Source: an uncultured delta proteobacterium (GTDB lineage Bacteria > Myxococcota > Myxococcia > Myxococcales > Anaeromyxobacteraceae). From it: DNA of 64,000 nucleotides. The stretch lies in NCBI GenBank assembly GCA_963828255.1, contig CAWHDZ010000015.1, forward strand, positions 1 through 64,000. The letters run 5' to 3'. The position numbers and the translations under genes were made by a program. The notes under the pieces were generated by a model. The model was not told the origin of the DNA. It did not search any database and worked only from the letters and a program-made list of their open reading frames with translations. Shown in pieces: positions 50,905 to 61,555 of this stretch. Position 1 is the first letter of the stretch, and each line of letters begins with the position of its first letter.

Positions 50905-52335
50905 ATGGCCGCCACCCGACGAACCCGCAAGCCCGCCTCCCGCGGAGGACGAACCCGTGTGGAGCGGGACACCATGGGTGAAGTGAAGGTGCCGGCGACC
51001 GCGCTCTGGGGCGCCCAGACCGCCCGGGCGGTGGCGAACTTCGCCATCTCCGGGCTGCGCGAGCCGAGCGCGCTGGTCCACGCCGTCGTCCGGGTGAAGC
51101 TCGCCGCCGCGCGGGTGAACGCGCGGCTCGGGCTCCTCCCGCGCCGCAAGGGGCGCGCCATCGAGGCGGCCTGCCGGGAGGTGCTGGCCGGCCGGTGGGA
51201 CGGGCAGTTCGTGGTGGACGCCTACCAGGCGGGCGCCGGGACCTCGTTCCACATGAACGTGAACGAGGTGCTGGCCAACCGGGCCGCCGAGATCCTGGGC
51301 GGCCGGCGCGGCGACCGCTCGGTCGATCCCAACGACGACGTCAACATGGCCCAGTCCACCAACGACGTCATCCCCACCGCCATGCGTCTCGCCGCGCTCT
51401 CCACCGCGCCGCGCGTCGTGGAAGCCCTGGAGGGGCTCTCGGCCACCTTCGCCCGCAAGGCGCGGGCCTGGGACGGCATCGTCAAGGCGGGGCGGACCCA
51501 CCTCATGGACGCCACTCCCATCCGGCTCGGGCAGGAGGTCTCCGGCTGGTCCGCGGCCCTCTCGGCGGCGGCGGCGCGGGTGAACGACGCCCTGCCCGAG
51601 CTCGCCGCGCTGGGCATCGGCGGCACCGCCGTGGGCACCGGCGTGAACGCGCACCCCCGCTACCGGGAACTCGTGGTGAAGGAGCTCTCCCGGATCTGCG
51701 ACGTCCCGCTCTTCGCGGCGCCAAACCCCTTCTACGCCATGCAGTCATTGGCCCCCTTCGCGGCCCTCTCGTCGGCCATGAGGCTTTCGGCCCTCGAGCT
51801 CACCCGCATCGGCGGCGACGTCCGGCTGCTGTCCTCGGGGCCGGCCACCGGGCTCGGGGAGCTGCGGCTGCCGGCGGTGCAGCCCGGGTCGTCGATCATG
51901 CCCGGCAAGGTGAACCCGTCCATGGCCGAGATGCTCGCCATGGTGAGCCACCAGGTCATCGGCCTCGACGAGGCCATCGCCTGGGCCACCGCCGCAGGCC
52001 AGCTGGAGCTGAACGTGACCATGCCGCTCGTGGCATGGGACCTCCTGCACCAGATCGAGATCCTGGCCAGCGGGGTCCGGGCCTTCGACCTCCGGCTGGC
52101 CCGGGGGCTCCAGGCCGACGCCGGGCGGGCCCGCTTCTTCGCCGACCGGACCGTGAGCCTGGCCACCGCGCTCGCGCCGCGCATCGGGTACGAGGCGGCC
52201 GCCGCCATCGTGAAGGAGTCGGTCCGGACCGGCCGGTCGATCGCCGACCTCTCGGTGGAGCGGGCCGGGATCCCGGCCCGGGAGGCCCGCAGGCTCCTCG
52301 ATCCGGCCCGGATGACGCGTCCGGGGCGCGGCTGA
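50905..52335 (+). CDS. class II fumarate hydratase / aspartase family lyase
   Basis: WGAQTAR, GTSFHMNVNE, QSTND, GRTHLMDA, GSSIMPGKVNP. Confidence 0.92.
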   Translation: MAATRRTRKPASRGGRTRVERDTMGEVKVPATALWGAQTARAVANFAISGLREPSALVHAVVRVKLAAARVNARLGLLPRRKGRAIEAACREVLAGRWDGQFVVDAYQAGAGTSFHMNVNEVLANRAAEILGGRRGDRSVDPNDDVNMAQSTNDVIPTAMRLAALSTAPRVVEALEGLSATFARKARAWDGIVKAGRTHLMDATPIRLGQEVSGWSAALSAAAARVNDALPELAALGIGGTAVGTGVNAHPRYRELVVKELSRICDVPLFAAPNPFYAMQSLAPFAALSSAMRLSALELTRIGGDVRLLSSGPATGLGELRLPAVQPGSSIMPGKVNPSMAEMLAMVSHQVIGLDEAIAWATAAGQLELNVTMPLVAWDLLHQIEILASGVRAFDLRLARGLQADAGRARFFADRTVSLATALAPRIGYEAAAAIVKESVRTGRSIADLSVERAGIPAREARRLLDPARMTRPGRG

Positions 52336-52388
52336 GTCGCGGCCGAGGGAGCCCGCGCCGCCGCGCCGGTATAGGATGTTTCACCCCC

Positions 52389-53998
52389 ATGACGGTCGCC
52401 CGCCTCGCCTCCCTCCTCCTGCTCGCCGCGCTCGCCCTGCCGGCCCGGGGGGCGCCCAAGGGATCGGTGACCGGGATCCTCCGCTACAGGGGGTGCCTGA
52501 CCGGCGTCCCCGGGGCGACCGTCTCGGTCATCGGCCGGGAGAAGCAGGCGCGCAGCGACACGGGGGGCCGGTTCCTCCTCGAGCTCCCACCCGGGAAGTA
52601 CTCCCTCGTCATCCGGGGGCCGAGCCTGGTGCCCGACCAGCGGGTGGACGAGGTCGCGGTCGGCGCCGGGAAGCTCTCCGACCTGGGGATCGTCGAGGTC
52701 TGGGCCGACGAACGCCCCGCGCTCTGCGTTCCCGACGCCGCGGCGGCGGCCATGACCGGCGGCGTCGAGCCCACGGTGGCGGCGGCGCCCGACCTCCCGG
52801 CCATCGACCTCCCGGGCAACCAGGTGACGGTCGGTGGATCGACCCAGGGGCAGGTGCTGGTGCGCGGATCCCCCGGCACCGGGCCCGGCCAGTTCGGCCT
52901 GCAGGGCAATCCCACCCGGGACGACGAGGACGCACTCGGCCCTCCCACCTTCGCCGTGGGCCCGGCCGGAGGCCTGCTGGTCCTCGACGTCCTGAACGGC
53001 CGGATCGAGCGCTTCGACCCGCGCGGAAAGCACCAGGGGTCGTTCCCGGTGGCCCGCCCGGGCGCCGAGCCGGTCTTCGAGTCGGACATCGCCGTGGCCG
53101 ACGACGGCGCCATCTTCCTCGTCACGGAGAGCGAGAACCCGACGCTCACCCAGTTCGACCCGTCCGGCAGGGTGCTGCTCTCCGGCGCGCTGCCCCCGTC
53201 GTTCAAGGGGGTGGACCAGATCGTCTCGGTGCGGGGTCGCCCGACCTTCCTCATGCTGAACGGCCAGTCGGTCCGGGCCGAGCTGGGATGGGGCGGGATC
53301 CGTGCAGAGGGGCCGCGCCCCGGGCTGCCGGCCGGCGACGTCTTCGTCCAGGCCGAGAGGGCCGGGCGCTGGTCGGCGCTGGTCCGCTTCGCCGCCGCCG
53401 ACGGGATCGTTCGACGGACCGTGAACCTGCGCTCGGCCGTCCCCATCGCCCGGGTCCGGCTGGTGGGCGTGAACCGGCGTGGGGACGTGGTGCTGGCGGT
53501 GGACCGGCAGGACGGCGCCGACGACGAGTCCACCCGGGCCGAGGTCCTGCTCGTGTCGCTCACGCCGCAGGGGCAGATTGCCGGCACGGTGGTGGCGCCC
53601 CCGGGCGACCGGCGCTGGCTCTTCCGGGAGTTCGCGCTCGCCCCCGACGGCTCGGTGATCCAGATGCAGTCCGACCTGGCCGAGGTCCGGCTGGTGCGCT
53701 GGCCGCTGCCGTCGTCGCCCAAGGACGGGGCGGCGGGGGAGGGGATCCTGCGGGGGCGGATCCTCGACGGGGCCCGCCCGGCCGTCGGGGCCGCGGTGTC
53801 CGTGGCCCGGGCCCATCGATCGACCCTGGTGGGGCCGGACGGCGCGTTCGAGCTCCGGCTTCCCCCGGGACCTGGATGATCGCCTTCCGCCGTTCCTCCA
53901 CGCCGGGCGTCCCGGAGCCCGCGCCCACCGAGGTCAAGGTGACGGTGACCGGCGGCGGAACCATCGACGTGGGCACGGTTCAGCTCGCCGCGCCCTGA
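52389..53998 (+). CDS. secreted protein with two carboxypeptidase-regulatory-like domains flanking an NHL/beta-propeller-like region (apparent frameshift near 53865)
   Basis: signal peptide; GATVSV..GRFLLELPPGKY and GAAVSV..GAFELRLPPG-TW; last domain completed only in next frame (stop 53998). Confidence 0.75.
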
Positions 53999-54007
53999 GA
54001 GGAGACC

Positions 54008-54553
54008 TTGGCCGCCACACTCCAGTACTTCATGCTTCCCGAGGACGAGCGGGCACTGTTCCGGAGGCTTGCCGGCAAGGCGCTCACGCTCTACCCGGAG
54101 ATCTTCCCGCCCGGGACCGTGGGGATCCCGGTGGACGACAGGACGGTCGAGGTCCTCGACCAGGAGGCCTACTACCTGGCGGCCGAGCGGCTCGGGCCGG
54201 TGGTGGTGCGCCCGCTGGCCCGCGGCCGCGACCGGGGGATGCTCGAGATCGAGGAGGTCCCGTCGCCGGTCTACCACTACGAGCGTTCGCTCCCGAACGA
54301 CAAGGGGGAGCTCGTGGGCGGCCGGCTCTGGGCAGAGCTCGACGTGGACGACAGCCCGGGCCAGCGCATCGGGAAGCCTGCCGCGCTGAAGGTGATCTTC
54401 GAGGAGGTGAACCAGTTCTTCCGGAGTTCCTGGCGCCGCAGCGACCCCAAGGGCTGGTGGGTGGGGCCGGCGGCCGGGGCTGCCGTGAAGGGGCAGCGGC
54501 TCGTCCTCCGGGAGCCCGGGCACAAGGGAAGGACCTACGGGGTCTGGCGGTGA
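54008..54553 (+). CDS. hypothetical protein
   Basis: SD GAGGAG before TTG; genome-typical codon use. Confidence 0.75.
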   Translation: MAATLQYFMLPEDERALFRRLAGKALTLYPEIFPPGTVGIPVDDRTVEVLDQEAYYLAAERLGPVVVRPLARGRDRGMLEIEEVPSPVYHYERSLPNDKGELVGGRLWAELDVDDSPGQRIGKPAALKVIFEEVNQFFRSSWRRSDPKGWWVGPAAGAAVKGQRLVLREPGHKGRTYGVWR

Positions 54554-54584
54554 GCGGACCATGGCCGACGGCGGTCGGTCCCCC

Positions 54585-54613
54585 TTGACCTCCGGCCCGC
54601 CAGCGGCTACAAA
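54585..54613 (+). promoter_or_regulatory. sigma70 promoter of tRNA-Gln/tRNA-Glu
   Basis: TTGACC-17 nt-TACAAA. Confidence 0.65.
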
Positions 54614-54644
54614 CCGCCCCTCGCGGACCCTTCCAGCGACCAGG

Positions 54645-54718
54645 TGGGGGATCGTCTAACGGCAGGACGCATGCCTCTGGAGCATGCTATCTAGGTTCGA
54701 ATCCTAGTCCCCCAACCA
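54645..54718 (+). tRNA. tRNA-Gln(CTG)
   Basis: U1-A72 acceptor TGGGGGA/TCCCCCA, anticodon loop CTCTGGA, GGTTCGAATCC, CCA. Confidence 0.95.
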
Positions 54719-54796
54719 ATCTTCACCGGGTTGACTTCCAGGCAACCCGGAGCGCAGGAAGCAGCAGGACAGCAGCGCAGCACAGGGGAGTTCTCT

Positions 54797-55188
<392 letters not shown>

Positions 55189-55460
55189 TCAACTGGACGT
55201 TACTCTACCGTAGGTCGGCAAGGTCACCGCCGGCAGGGACATCGTCTGGGCATTCGCGAACAGCGCGCCACCGAGGAGGCCGTTGTCGGTGATGCGGAAG
55301 CGCCACTCGGCCTCGGCGTAGATCCAGGCGGTGCCGCGGAGTCGTCCCTGCACGTATCCGCGCCCGGTCGTTCCCTTCGCGTCCCACCCGACCGAGGGCA
55401 AGGCCAGGTAGGGCTGGTGCCCGCTCGTCACTCCCTCCGCCCGGAGCCAGAACGCAAGAA
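55189..55460 (-). pseudogene. internal fragment of BamA/TamA-like outer-membrane barrel gene
   Basis: GRGYVQGRLRG..IYAEAEWRFRI..LLGGALFAN resembles the Omp85 (V/I)RGY motif; no signal peptide or C-terminal strand. Confidence 0.55.
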
Positions 55461-55949
55461 CGTTCCTGGGCACCTCGTCGGAGACTGTCCTCGAGGCATT
55501 CTGAGCCAAAGTTCGTGCTCGACCGGCGGGATTGACGGTCAGCGCAAGAAGCGGACCCGCTCACTCGATTTCGCCGCCGGAGGCTTCGGATCGCGGTCAG
55601 TCGTGCTAGTCGGCGGCATTCCGCCCGAAACGCTCGCTCGGGCAGAAGAGTGAATGTTCATCCGGTCATCCCTCCGTTGCTGGTGGTCGCTTGGCAGCTC
55701 CACTCAACCACGATGAAGGCCAGATGAATATCATCTCTAAGTGAACGATGTGGTAGGACTCCACAGCTAGGTCCCTCTGGGTGGGAGGTGAGACCCTACT
55801 GGGAGCTTGTCGGTACCTCGACCCACCCGTCAAGGTGGGCGCGGTCAGCCTCACGGCCTCCCGCTCCAACCTCGGCAGGGGTGTCGATGCGGCCACCTTT
55901 TCGCGGTTTCACCTGTAGTTTCACTCGAAGCACTCACGCGGGGGTAGTG

Positions 55950-56588
55950 ATGCGAACCTGGATCCGGATGGCAGTCCTGGCAGTGACCATGGCTTCCGCG
56001 GCGCCCGCCGCGGCGCAGTACACCTTCACCCAGCCCGGCCAGCAGCCCCAGCCGGTCCAGCAGCTCCAGCTCTGGAACAACGTGGCGCGCGTCAACCTGG
56101 GCGTGGGGTTCTACAACTCGGGCTGGGCCAACTGCTACTACTGGTACGGCTACAACTGCTCCTCGGGCTCGTATGCGAGCTACATCCCCTTCATGGTGGG
56201 CCCGCAGGTCGACTTCAACCTGGGCGGCATGAACAACATCAGTGTCGGATTCACCGTCGCCATGGGATCGGCATCCCTCACCTACTGGGACGGGACGCGC
56301 GATGTCACCGACTCGAAGAGCGTCACCCTCTGGGAGCCGACGATCGACTACGTCGCCAAGTTCGGACCTCCGTCCCAGGACACGGTCGGCCGCTTCCGCA
56401 TCGGCGGCGGCATGTACATCGGTCCCAATTCCACCATCGGCGGCGCGTTCCGCATCGGCGGCGGTGCCTCGTTCCTGAACGCAAGCCGCCTCGGCATCGG
56501 CCTCGACATCGTCCTGGAGGGCGGCGGTTACAACGGCTACTGGATCGGCGGCCTCCAGCTGCTCGCATCGCCCGAGTTCCATTTCTAG
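55950..56588 (+). CDS. outer-membrane beta-barrel protein
   Basis: signal peptide ending AAA-Q, amphipathic strands, C-terminal PEFHF. Confidence 0.75.
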   Translation: MRTWIRMAVLAVTMASAAPAAAQYTFTQPGQQPQPVQQLQLWNNVARVNLGVGFYNSGWANCYYWYGYNCSSGSYASYIPFMVGPQVDFNLGGMNNISVGFTVAMGSASLTYWDGTRDVTDSKSVTLWEPTIDYVAKFGPPSQDTVGRFRIGGGMYIGPNSTIGGAFRIGGGASFLNASRLGIGLDIVLEGGGYNGYWIGGLQLLASPEFHF

Positions 56589-56622
56589 TCGGACGCCTCA
56601 CTCGACCGACAGGAGAATCCAC

Positions 56623-57246
56623 ATGAGAAGGTTGCTCGCTTCCCTCGTTGCAGTCCTCGTCGCCACGTTTGCCAGCGCCCAGGCTCCCGCCAAGGCGCCG
56701 GCCCCGGCCGCGGCCACCCCGGCTCCGGTCGAGGTGGACAATACCGGCACGCCTGGAAAGGCCACGGCCAAGCGGACGGCCAAGGCCACCGCCACGATCA
56801 CGGCGATCGACGCCGCAGCACGCACCGTCACCCTGAAGGCGAAGTCCGGCGAGATCCAGACCTTCAAGGCGGGGCCGGAGGTGAAGCGGTTCGACGAGTT
56901 CGGGGTCGGCGACGTCATCAAGGTCGAGTACGAGCAGGGGCTCGCGCTCGAGTTCCAGCCCGCCGGGTCGGAGAACGTTCCGGTGACTGCGATCGCCACC
57001 GGCGGTCGAGCGGAGAAGGACCAGGCGCCCGGCGCCGTGGCCGCGGCAGGAGTCCGGGGCACGGTGACCGTCACCAAGATCGACTCCGCGAAGCGGCTGG
57101 TGTCGTTCGAGGGACCCGGCGGGAACGTCTACCAGGTGAAGGCCGGCCCGAAGGTCCAGCTCGAGAAGCTGAAGGTCGGCGACAAGCTCCTCGCCACGTT
57201 CGTCGAGGCCGTCGCCATCAAGCTGGAGAAGGCGAAGAAGAAGTAG
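56623..57246 (+). CDS. secreted protein with two OB-fold-like repeats
   Basis: signal peptide; ATITAIDAAARTVTLK..VGDVIKV and TVTKIDSAKRLVSF..KVGDKL. Confidence 0.8.
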   Translation: MRRLLASLVAVLVATFASAQAPAKAPAPAAATPAPVEVDNTGTPGKATAKRTAKATATITAIDAAARTVTLKAKSGEIQTFKAGPEVKRFDEFGVGDVIKVEYEQGLALEFQPAGSENVPVTAIATGGRAEKDQAPGAVAAAGVRGTVTVTKIDSAKRLVSFEGPGGNVYQVKAGPKVQLEKLKVGDKLLATFVEAVAIKLEKAKKK

Positions 57247-57326
57247 TCCAGCGCAGGCAGTCCGTGGACGGCCAGGCCCTCCCGTCGAGGCGGGGCTGGC
57301 CGCCGCCCTCATCGGAGACGAATCCA

Positions 57327-58420
57327 ATGAACGCTCCACCCCCTGCCTTCGACCTCCCGCGTATCACCCTGGGGGTCCTGGCCATCGGAGTGATGATCGC
57401 GGCCAGCGTCTGGGTGATGCGGCCCTTCGTTCTCTCCGTGGTATGGGCGGCGACGATCGCCATCGCCACGTGGCCAATCCTGATCGGCATCCAGGACCGG
57501 CTCGGGGGGCGTCGAGGACCGGCAGTGGCCGTCATGGTCATCGCCCTTCTTGCCCTCATCGTCACGCCGATCTGGCTTGGGGTTTCCGCTGTTGCCAGCA
57601 AGTCCGAGCGCATCGGGGAGTTCCTGCACTCCCTCGCCTTCGAGGGATTCCCGCCTCCTCCGGCATGGCTCGCGCAGGTCCCGCTCGTCGGCGACCGCCT
57701 GGTCGGGAAGTGGCAGGGCTTCACCGGCAATCCCGAGGCGGTCGTCACGCGGCTCCAGCCGCACGCCCAGCAGGCGATCCAGTGGATCGGGTCGAAGGCA
57801 GGGGATGTCGGCGGCGTGATCGTCCAGCTCCTGCTCATGGTGGGCGTCGCGGGCATCCTGTACGCCTCCGGTGAGACCGCTGCGCGGGGCGTACTGCGCT
57901 TCCTGCGTCGCCTCGCCGGAGAGCGGGGGAGAATTCCGGGATCCTTGCCGCAAAGGCGGTGCGGGCGGTGGCCCTGGGAGTCATCGTCACGGCGGTGGCG
58001 CAGACGGTGCTTGCCGGCGCCGGGCTGTTCCTCGCCGGGGTCCCGCACGCGGGGGTCCTCGCGGTCATCGTCTTCGTGCTCTGCATCGCGCAGATCGGCC
58101 CGATCCTGGTGGTGGTGCCTGCGACCATCTGGCTCTACTCGTCCGGGGCGGTCGGACGAGGCACGTTGCTGCTCGTCATCTCGGTCGTCGCCCTGACGCT
58201 CGACAACGTGCTTCGCCCCATCCTCATCAAGAAGGGGGCCGACCTTCCTCTCGTCCTCATCCTCTCCGGCGTCATCGGCGGGGTGATGGGGTTCGGGGTG
58301 ATCGGGCTCTTCATCGGGCCCGTGATCCTGGCAGTCACCTGGACGCTTCTCGTCGCGTGGGTCGGCGACATCGACCGGGCTTCACCGGCTCACGAGATCG
58401 AAGGAAACGAGCATGGCTGA
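57327..58420 (+). CDS. AI-2E family transporter, YdiK-like (apparent frameshift at G-run 57925-57929)
   Basis: RPF..VWAATIAIATWP; second frame DNVLRPILI..GVIGG..GLFIGP. Confidence 0.85.
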
Positions 58421-58462
58421 CGGAGGGAGACGGGCGATGGCCCGATCCAGCGTGGCCGATCG

Positions 58463-58669
58463 TTCGTCGGGCTCGACACCAGGCCGGGATGGGACCTCGC
58501 CACCGGGACCTTCATCCCCCTCATGAAGGGCATGGCGGGCTTCTTCGTCGACCGGCAGAAGTCCCTGTCGATCTCGGCGTGGTACCAGGCCACGCTCGCG
58601 CAGGCCGCGGCGTCCCTCTTCTTCAAGTACGAGAACGGGATGGGCCTCGCCTACTTCTTCGACTGGTGA
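58463..58669 (+). pseudogene. start-less C-terminal fragment of a probable beta-barrel protein
   Basis: FVGLDTRPGWDLATGTFIPLMKGMAGFFVD..LAYFFDW* with coding-like codons but no start upstream. Confidence 0.45.
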
Positions 58670-58716
58670 AAGGCCCCGCTCCGCCGCTTCAAGGCAGGAC
58701 CGGTCAAGGTCGCGGT

Positions 58717-59380
58717 TCAGAAGAACTGATAGAACACCACCCCCAGGACGGGTGCGTGGCTCCGGCTGGGCTGGAGGTAGGTGAACACGGAGCCATTCAC
58801 CTCGATCACTTGCCCCGCGCCGAACCAGTAGACGCCCAGCTGCAGCCCGAGCTGGATGCGAAACTGGTCCCACATGTCCCGGGAGGTCGACCAGATCCAC
58901 TCGGCGTTCGCGAACGGCGTGAGCGAGACGGTGTCCGACAGGTCGAACTCCCGCTCCAGCTGGGGCCGGATGCGGAGGCGCCAGGTGAACGACGTGGGGT
59001 CCGCGAGCTGCCAGCGCGCCTCGACGCGATTGCGCACCGTGAAGAGGATCTCGCCGGGGACGACGAGGCGAGGCGTGCCCTCCAGCTCGGCGAGGAGGAC
59101 GTTGGAGGCGGGCGCGGTCCCTTCCACCAGCGACGGGTACCACTCGACGCCCAGCCGGACGTCGAGGCGCCTGCGTCGGGCGAAGTCGGGCGAGATCGTG
59201 CGGGTGGTCACGGGTGCCACGAACCACCCGATGTAGACGCCCAGGCCCATCTCGGAGTAGCCCTGGGAAGGGATGAACGTCGGCAGGAGCCTCTGGATGA
59301 GCCGGAAGTCGTCGTTCAGCCGCTCGAAGACGTTCAGCTCTGGCTGGATCTGGAGCCCGTCGGACGGGCCGAAGAAGCAT
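58717..59380 (-). pseudogene. DUF2490-like outer-membrane barrel protein lacking an intact signal peptide
   Basis: RNRVEARW..WRLRIRPQLE..PFANAEW..VVFYQFF; ATG 59380 (MLLRPVRR) is out of frame with the barrel. Confidence 0.55.
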
Positions 59381-59503
59381 GAAGGCCTTCTATCCCAGAA
59401 CGGCCCGACGGCGACCCGGGAAGACTCGCTCGTCGCACGATATCGCCAGGAAGCCAAGTCGACGGTGAGCGAACCAGAGCTCGTGGAGAGGTCCCGCCGC
59501 GCC

Positions 59504-61528
59504 TCACCAGATCCGGCAGACCTGCTTCCCCACCATCGGCTGCCCCTTCCTGCAGGCGAAGGCCCTCGCGAACGCCGGCACGTTGGGCATGAGTCCGTTG
59601 ACGCGCCACACGGGCGGGGAGTGGGGGTCGGTCTGGGCGCGGAGCCGGAGCTCCTCGGGGCGTTCGCTGGCACAGGCCCACTGGGCGTGGCCCACGAAGA
59701 ACCGCTGCTCGGGGGTGAGCCCGTCCCGGGGCTCGAGCGTCTGCCCGGACGTGGCCATCTGCCAGGCATCCCAGGCGAGCAGGATTCCGGCGAGGTCGGC
59801 GATGTCCTCGTCGAGCGTCAGCCACGCGTCGATCTTGACGTCATCGACGACCTTGTACTTCGCGTACTGTCCGGCCAGGCACCGGGCCCGCCTCTCGAAC
59901 TCCCTGGCGTCGGCCGGCGTCCACCAGTCGCGCAGGATTCCCCGGGCGTCGAAGTGGCGCCCCTCGTCGTCGAAGCCATGGGCGAGTTCGTGCCCGACCA
60001 TGGCGCCCGTGTTGCCGTAACCGGGCGCGAGATCGAGGCCGGGGTCCCAGTGCGGCGGGAGAAGGATGCCGGCCGGGAAGACCATCTCGTTCCGGGATGC
60101 GTCGTAGTAGGCGTCCACCGAGGGAGGCGTCAGCTCCCATTCGGTCCGGTCGACCGGCCCCCCGATCTTCGCGAGTTGACGCCGGGTCTCGAATGCCGTG
60201 GCGCGCGCGACGTTTCCCGCGAAGTCGTCGCGCGCCACCGCCAGCGCCGAGGAGTCGCGCCAGGCGGCGGGGTGACCGATCATGCGGCGCATCGCCGCGA
60301 GCTTCTCCCGGGCCGCACGCCGGGTCTCGGGCGACATCCATTCGAGCCTCTCGAGGCGCGCCCCCATGGCGGCCTGGACCCGCTTCACCATCGCCTCCGC
60401 GTCCGCCTTCACCTCGGGGGACAGGACCCGGGCCACGAACATCTCGCCGAGCGCCTCGCCGAGCTCGGCGTCGGTCCACTGCACGCAGCGCTTCCACCGC
60501 GGCTCGATCTCCCTCGCCCCACGAAGCTTCGCCCCGTAGAAGGCGAAGTCGGCCTCCTGGAACGGGCTGGAGAGGTACGGCGCCCACGCGTGGACGAGGT
60601 GCCAGCGCAGGTAGGCCTTCCACGCGGAGAGGGGCTCCCGCGCGAGCTGGCGATCGAGCGCGGCCAGGAAGTCCGGCTCGGTCACGTTGACCCTGGCCGT
60701 CGGCGGCGCCCCCGTGGCCGCCAGGTATTCGTCCCAGCGGAAGGCCTTCGACCCCGTCCGCAGTTCGGCGACCGGCGTGGGGTTCCAGATCCTCCTGGGG
60801 TCGCGCTTCTGTGCGACCGTGAGCGACGCCCGGGCCAGCGCGGTCTCGATCCGCATCACCGCCCGCGCGCCTGCCGCGGCCCGGTTGCCCGGGACGCCGG
60901 AGAGCCGGAGCGCGTGGTCCACGTGCGCCTGGTAGGCGCCGCGGAGTTCCCTGGAGCGGGCGTCTCCCTTCACGTAGTGGTTGCGATCGGGAAGCCCGAG
61001 TCCACCCGCCGACAGCCAGGCCATCTCCTCGCCGGCGTCGGCCTGGGACGGCTCGCTCCCGAAGCCGAAGAGCATGTGGCCGTCCACGTTTAGGTGGAGC
61101 CTCGCCACCAGCCTGGCCATCTCCGCCTTGGACCCGAGCGCGTCGATGGCGGCCAGGTCTGCTGCGATGGGCTTCGCGCCTGTCGCCTCGACCGCCTTCT
61201 CGTCCATGCAGGCGTGGAAGAAGTCGCCCGCCTTGCGCTCGGCCGGCGTTCGCTCGCCGTCGGGTTTCGCCGCCGCCCGCTCGAGCAGCCCCCAGAGGAG
61301 CCTGAGGTTCTGGGTGGCGCCCTTCTGGTGCACGCTCCAGGAAGTCTGGTCTGGCGGGATGGGGTTCCTCCGCAGCCAGCCCCCGCAGGCGTAGGCGTAG
61401 AAGTCCACGCAAGGATCGACCAATTGGTCCATCGCCGCGGGGTCGAGGCCGGGCGTGTAGGGAAGGGCCTCGAGGGGGCTGTCGGCGGCGAGGAGGGCGA
61501 GGGCCAGGAGGACGCTGGCGCAGGGCAT
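59504..61528 (-). CDS. M13 (neprilysin/PepO) metallopeptidase, secreted
   Basis: DPCVDFYAYACGGW, PAGIL.PP, GHELAHGFDD, EDIAD, TDPHSP, C-terminal CRIW. Confidence 0.95.
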   Translation of the reverse strand: MPCASVLLALALLAADSPLEALPYTPGLDPAAMDQLVDPCVDFYAYACGGWLRRNPIPPDQTSWSVHQKGATQNLRLLWGLLERAAAKPDGERTPAERKAGDFFHACMDEKAVEATGAKPIAADLAAIDALGSKAEMARLVARLHLNVDGHMLFGFGSEPSQADAGEEMAWLSAGGLGLPDRNHYVKGDARSRELRGAYQAHVDHALRLSGVPGNRAAAGARAVMRIETALARASLTVAQKRDPRRIWNPTPVAELRTGSKAFRWDEYLAATGAPPTARVNVTEPDFLAALDRQLAREPLSAWKAYLRWHLVHAWAPYLSSPFQEADFAFYGAKLRGAREIEPRWKRCVQWTDAELGEALGEMFVARVLSPEVKADAEAMVKRVQAAMGARLERLEWMSPETRRAAREKLAAMRRMIGHPAAWRDSSALAVARDDFAGNVARATAFETRRQLAKIGGPVDRTEWELTPPSVDAYYDASRNEMVFPAGILLPPHWDPGLDLAPGYGNTGAMVGHELAHGFDDEGRHFDARGILRDWWTPADAREFERRARCLAGQYAKYKVVDDVKIDAWLTLDEDIADLAGILLAWDAWQMATSGQTLEPRDGLTPEQRFFVGHAQWACASERPEELRLRAQTDPHSPPVWRVNGLMPNVPAFARAFACRKGQPMVGKQVCRIW

Positions 61529-61555
61529 CGGCGAGCATCCTAGCAGCGCCTCCCG

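Noticed and set aside
58418..58669. Possible TGA read-through (selenocysteine) fusing AI-2E to the in-frame downstream fragment
   Set aside because: AI-2E ends at normal length, no SECIS-like hairpin is evident, and an inner-membrane/barrel fusion is implausible. A deletion remnant is simpler.
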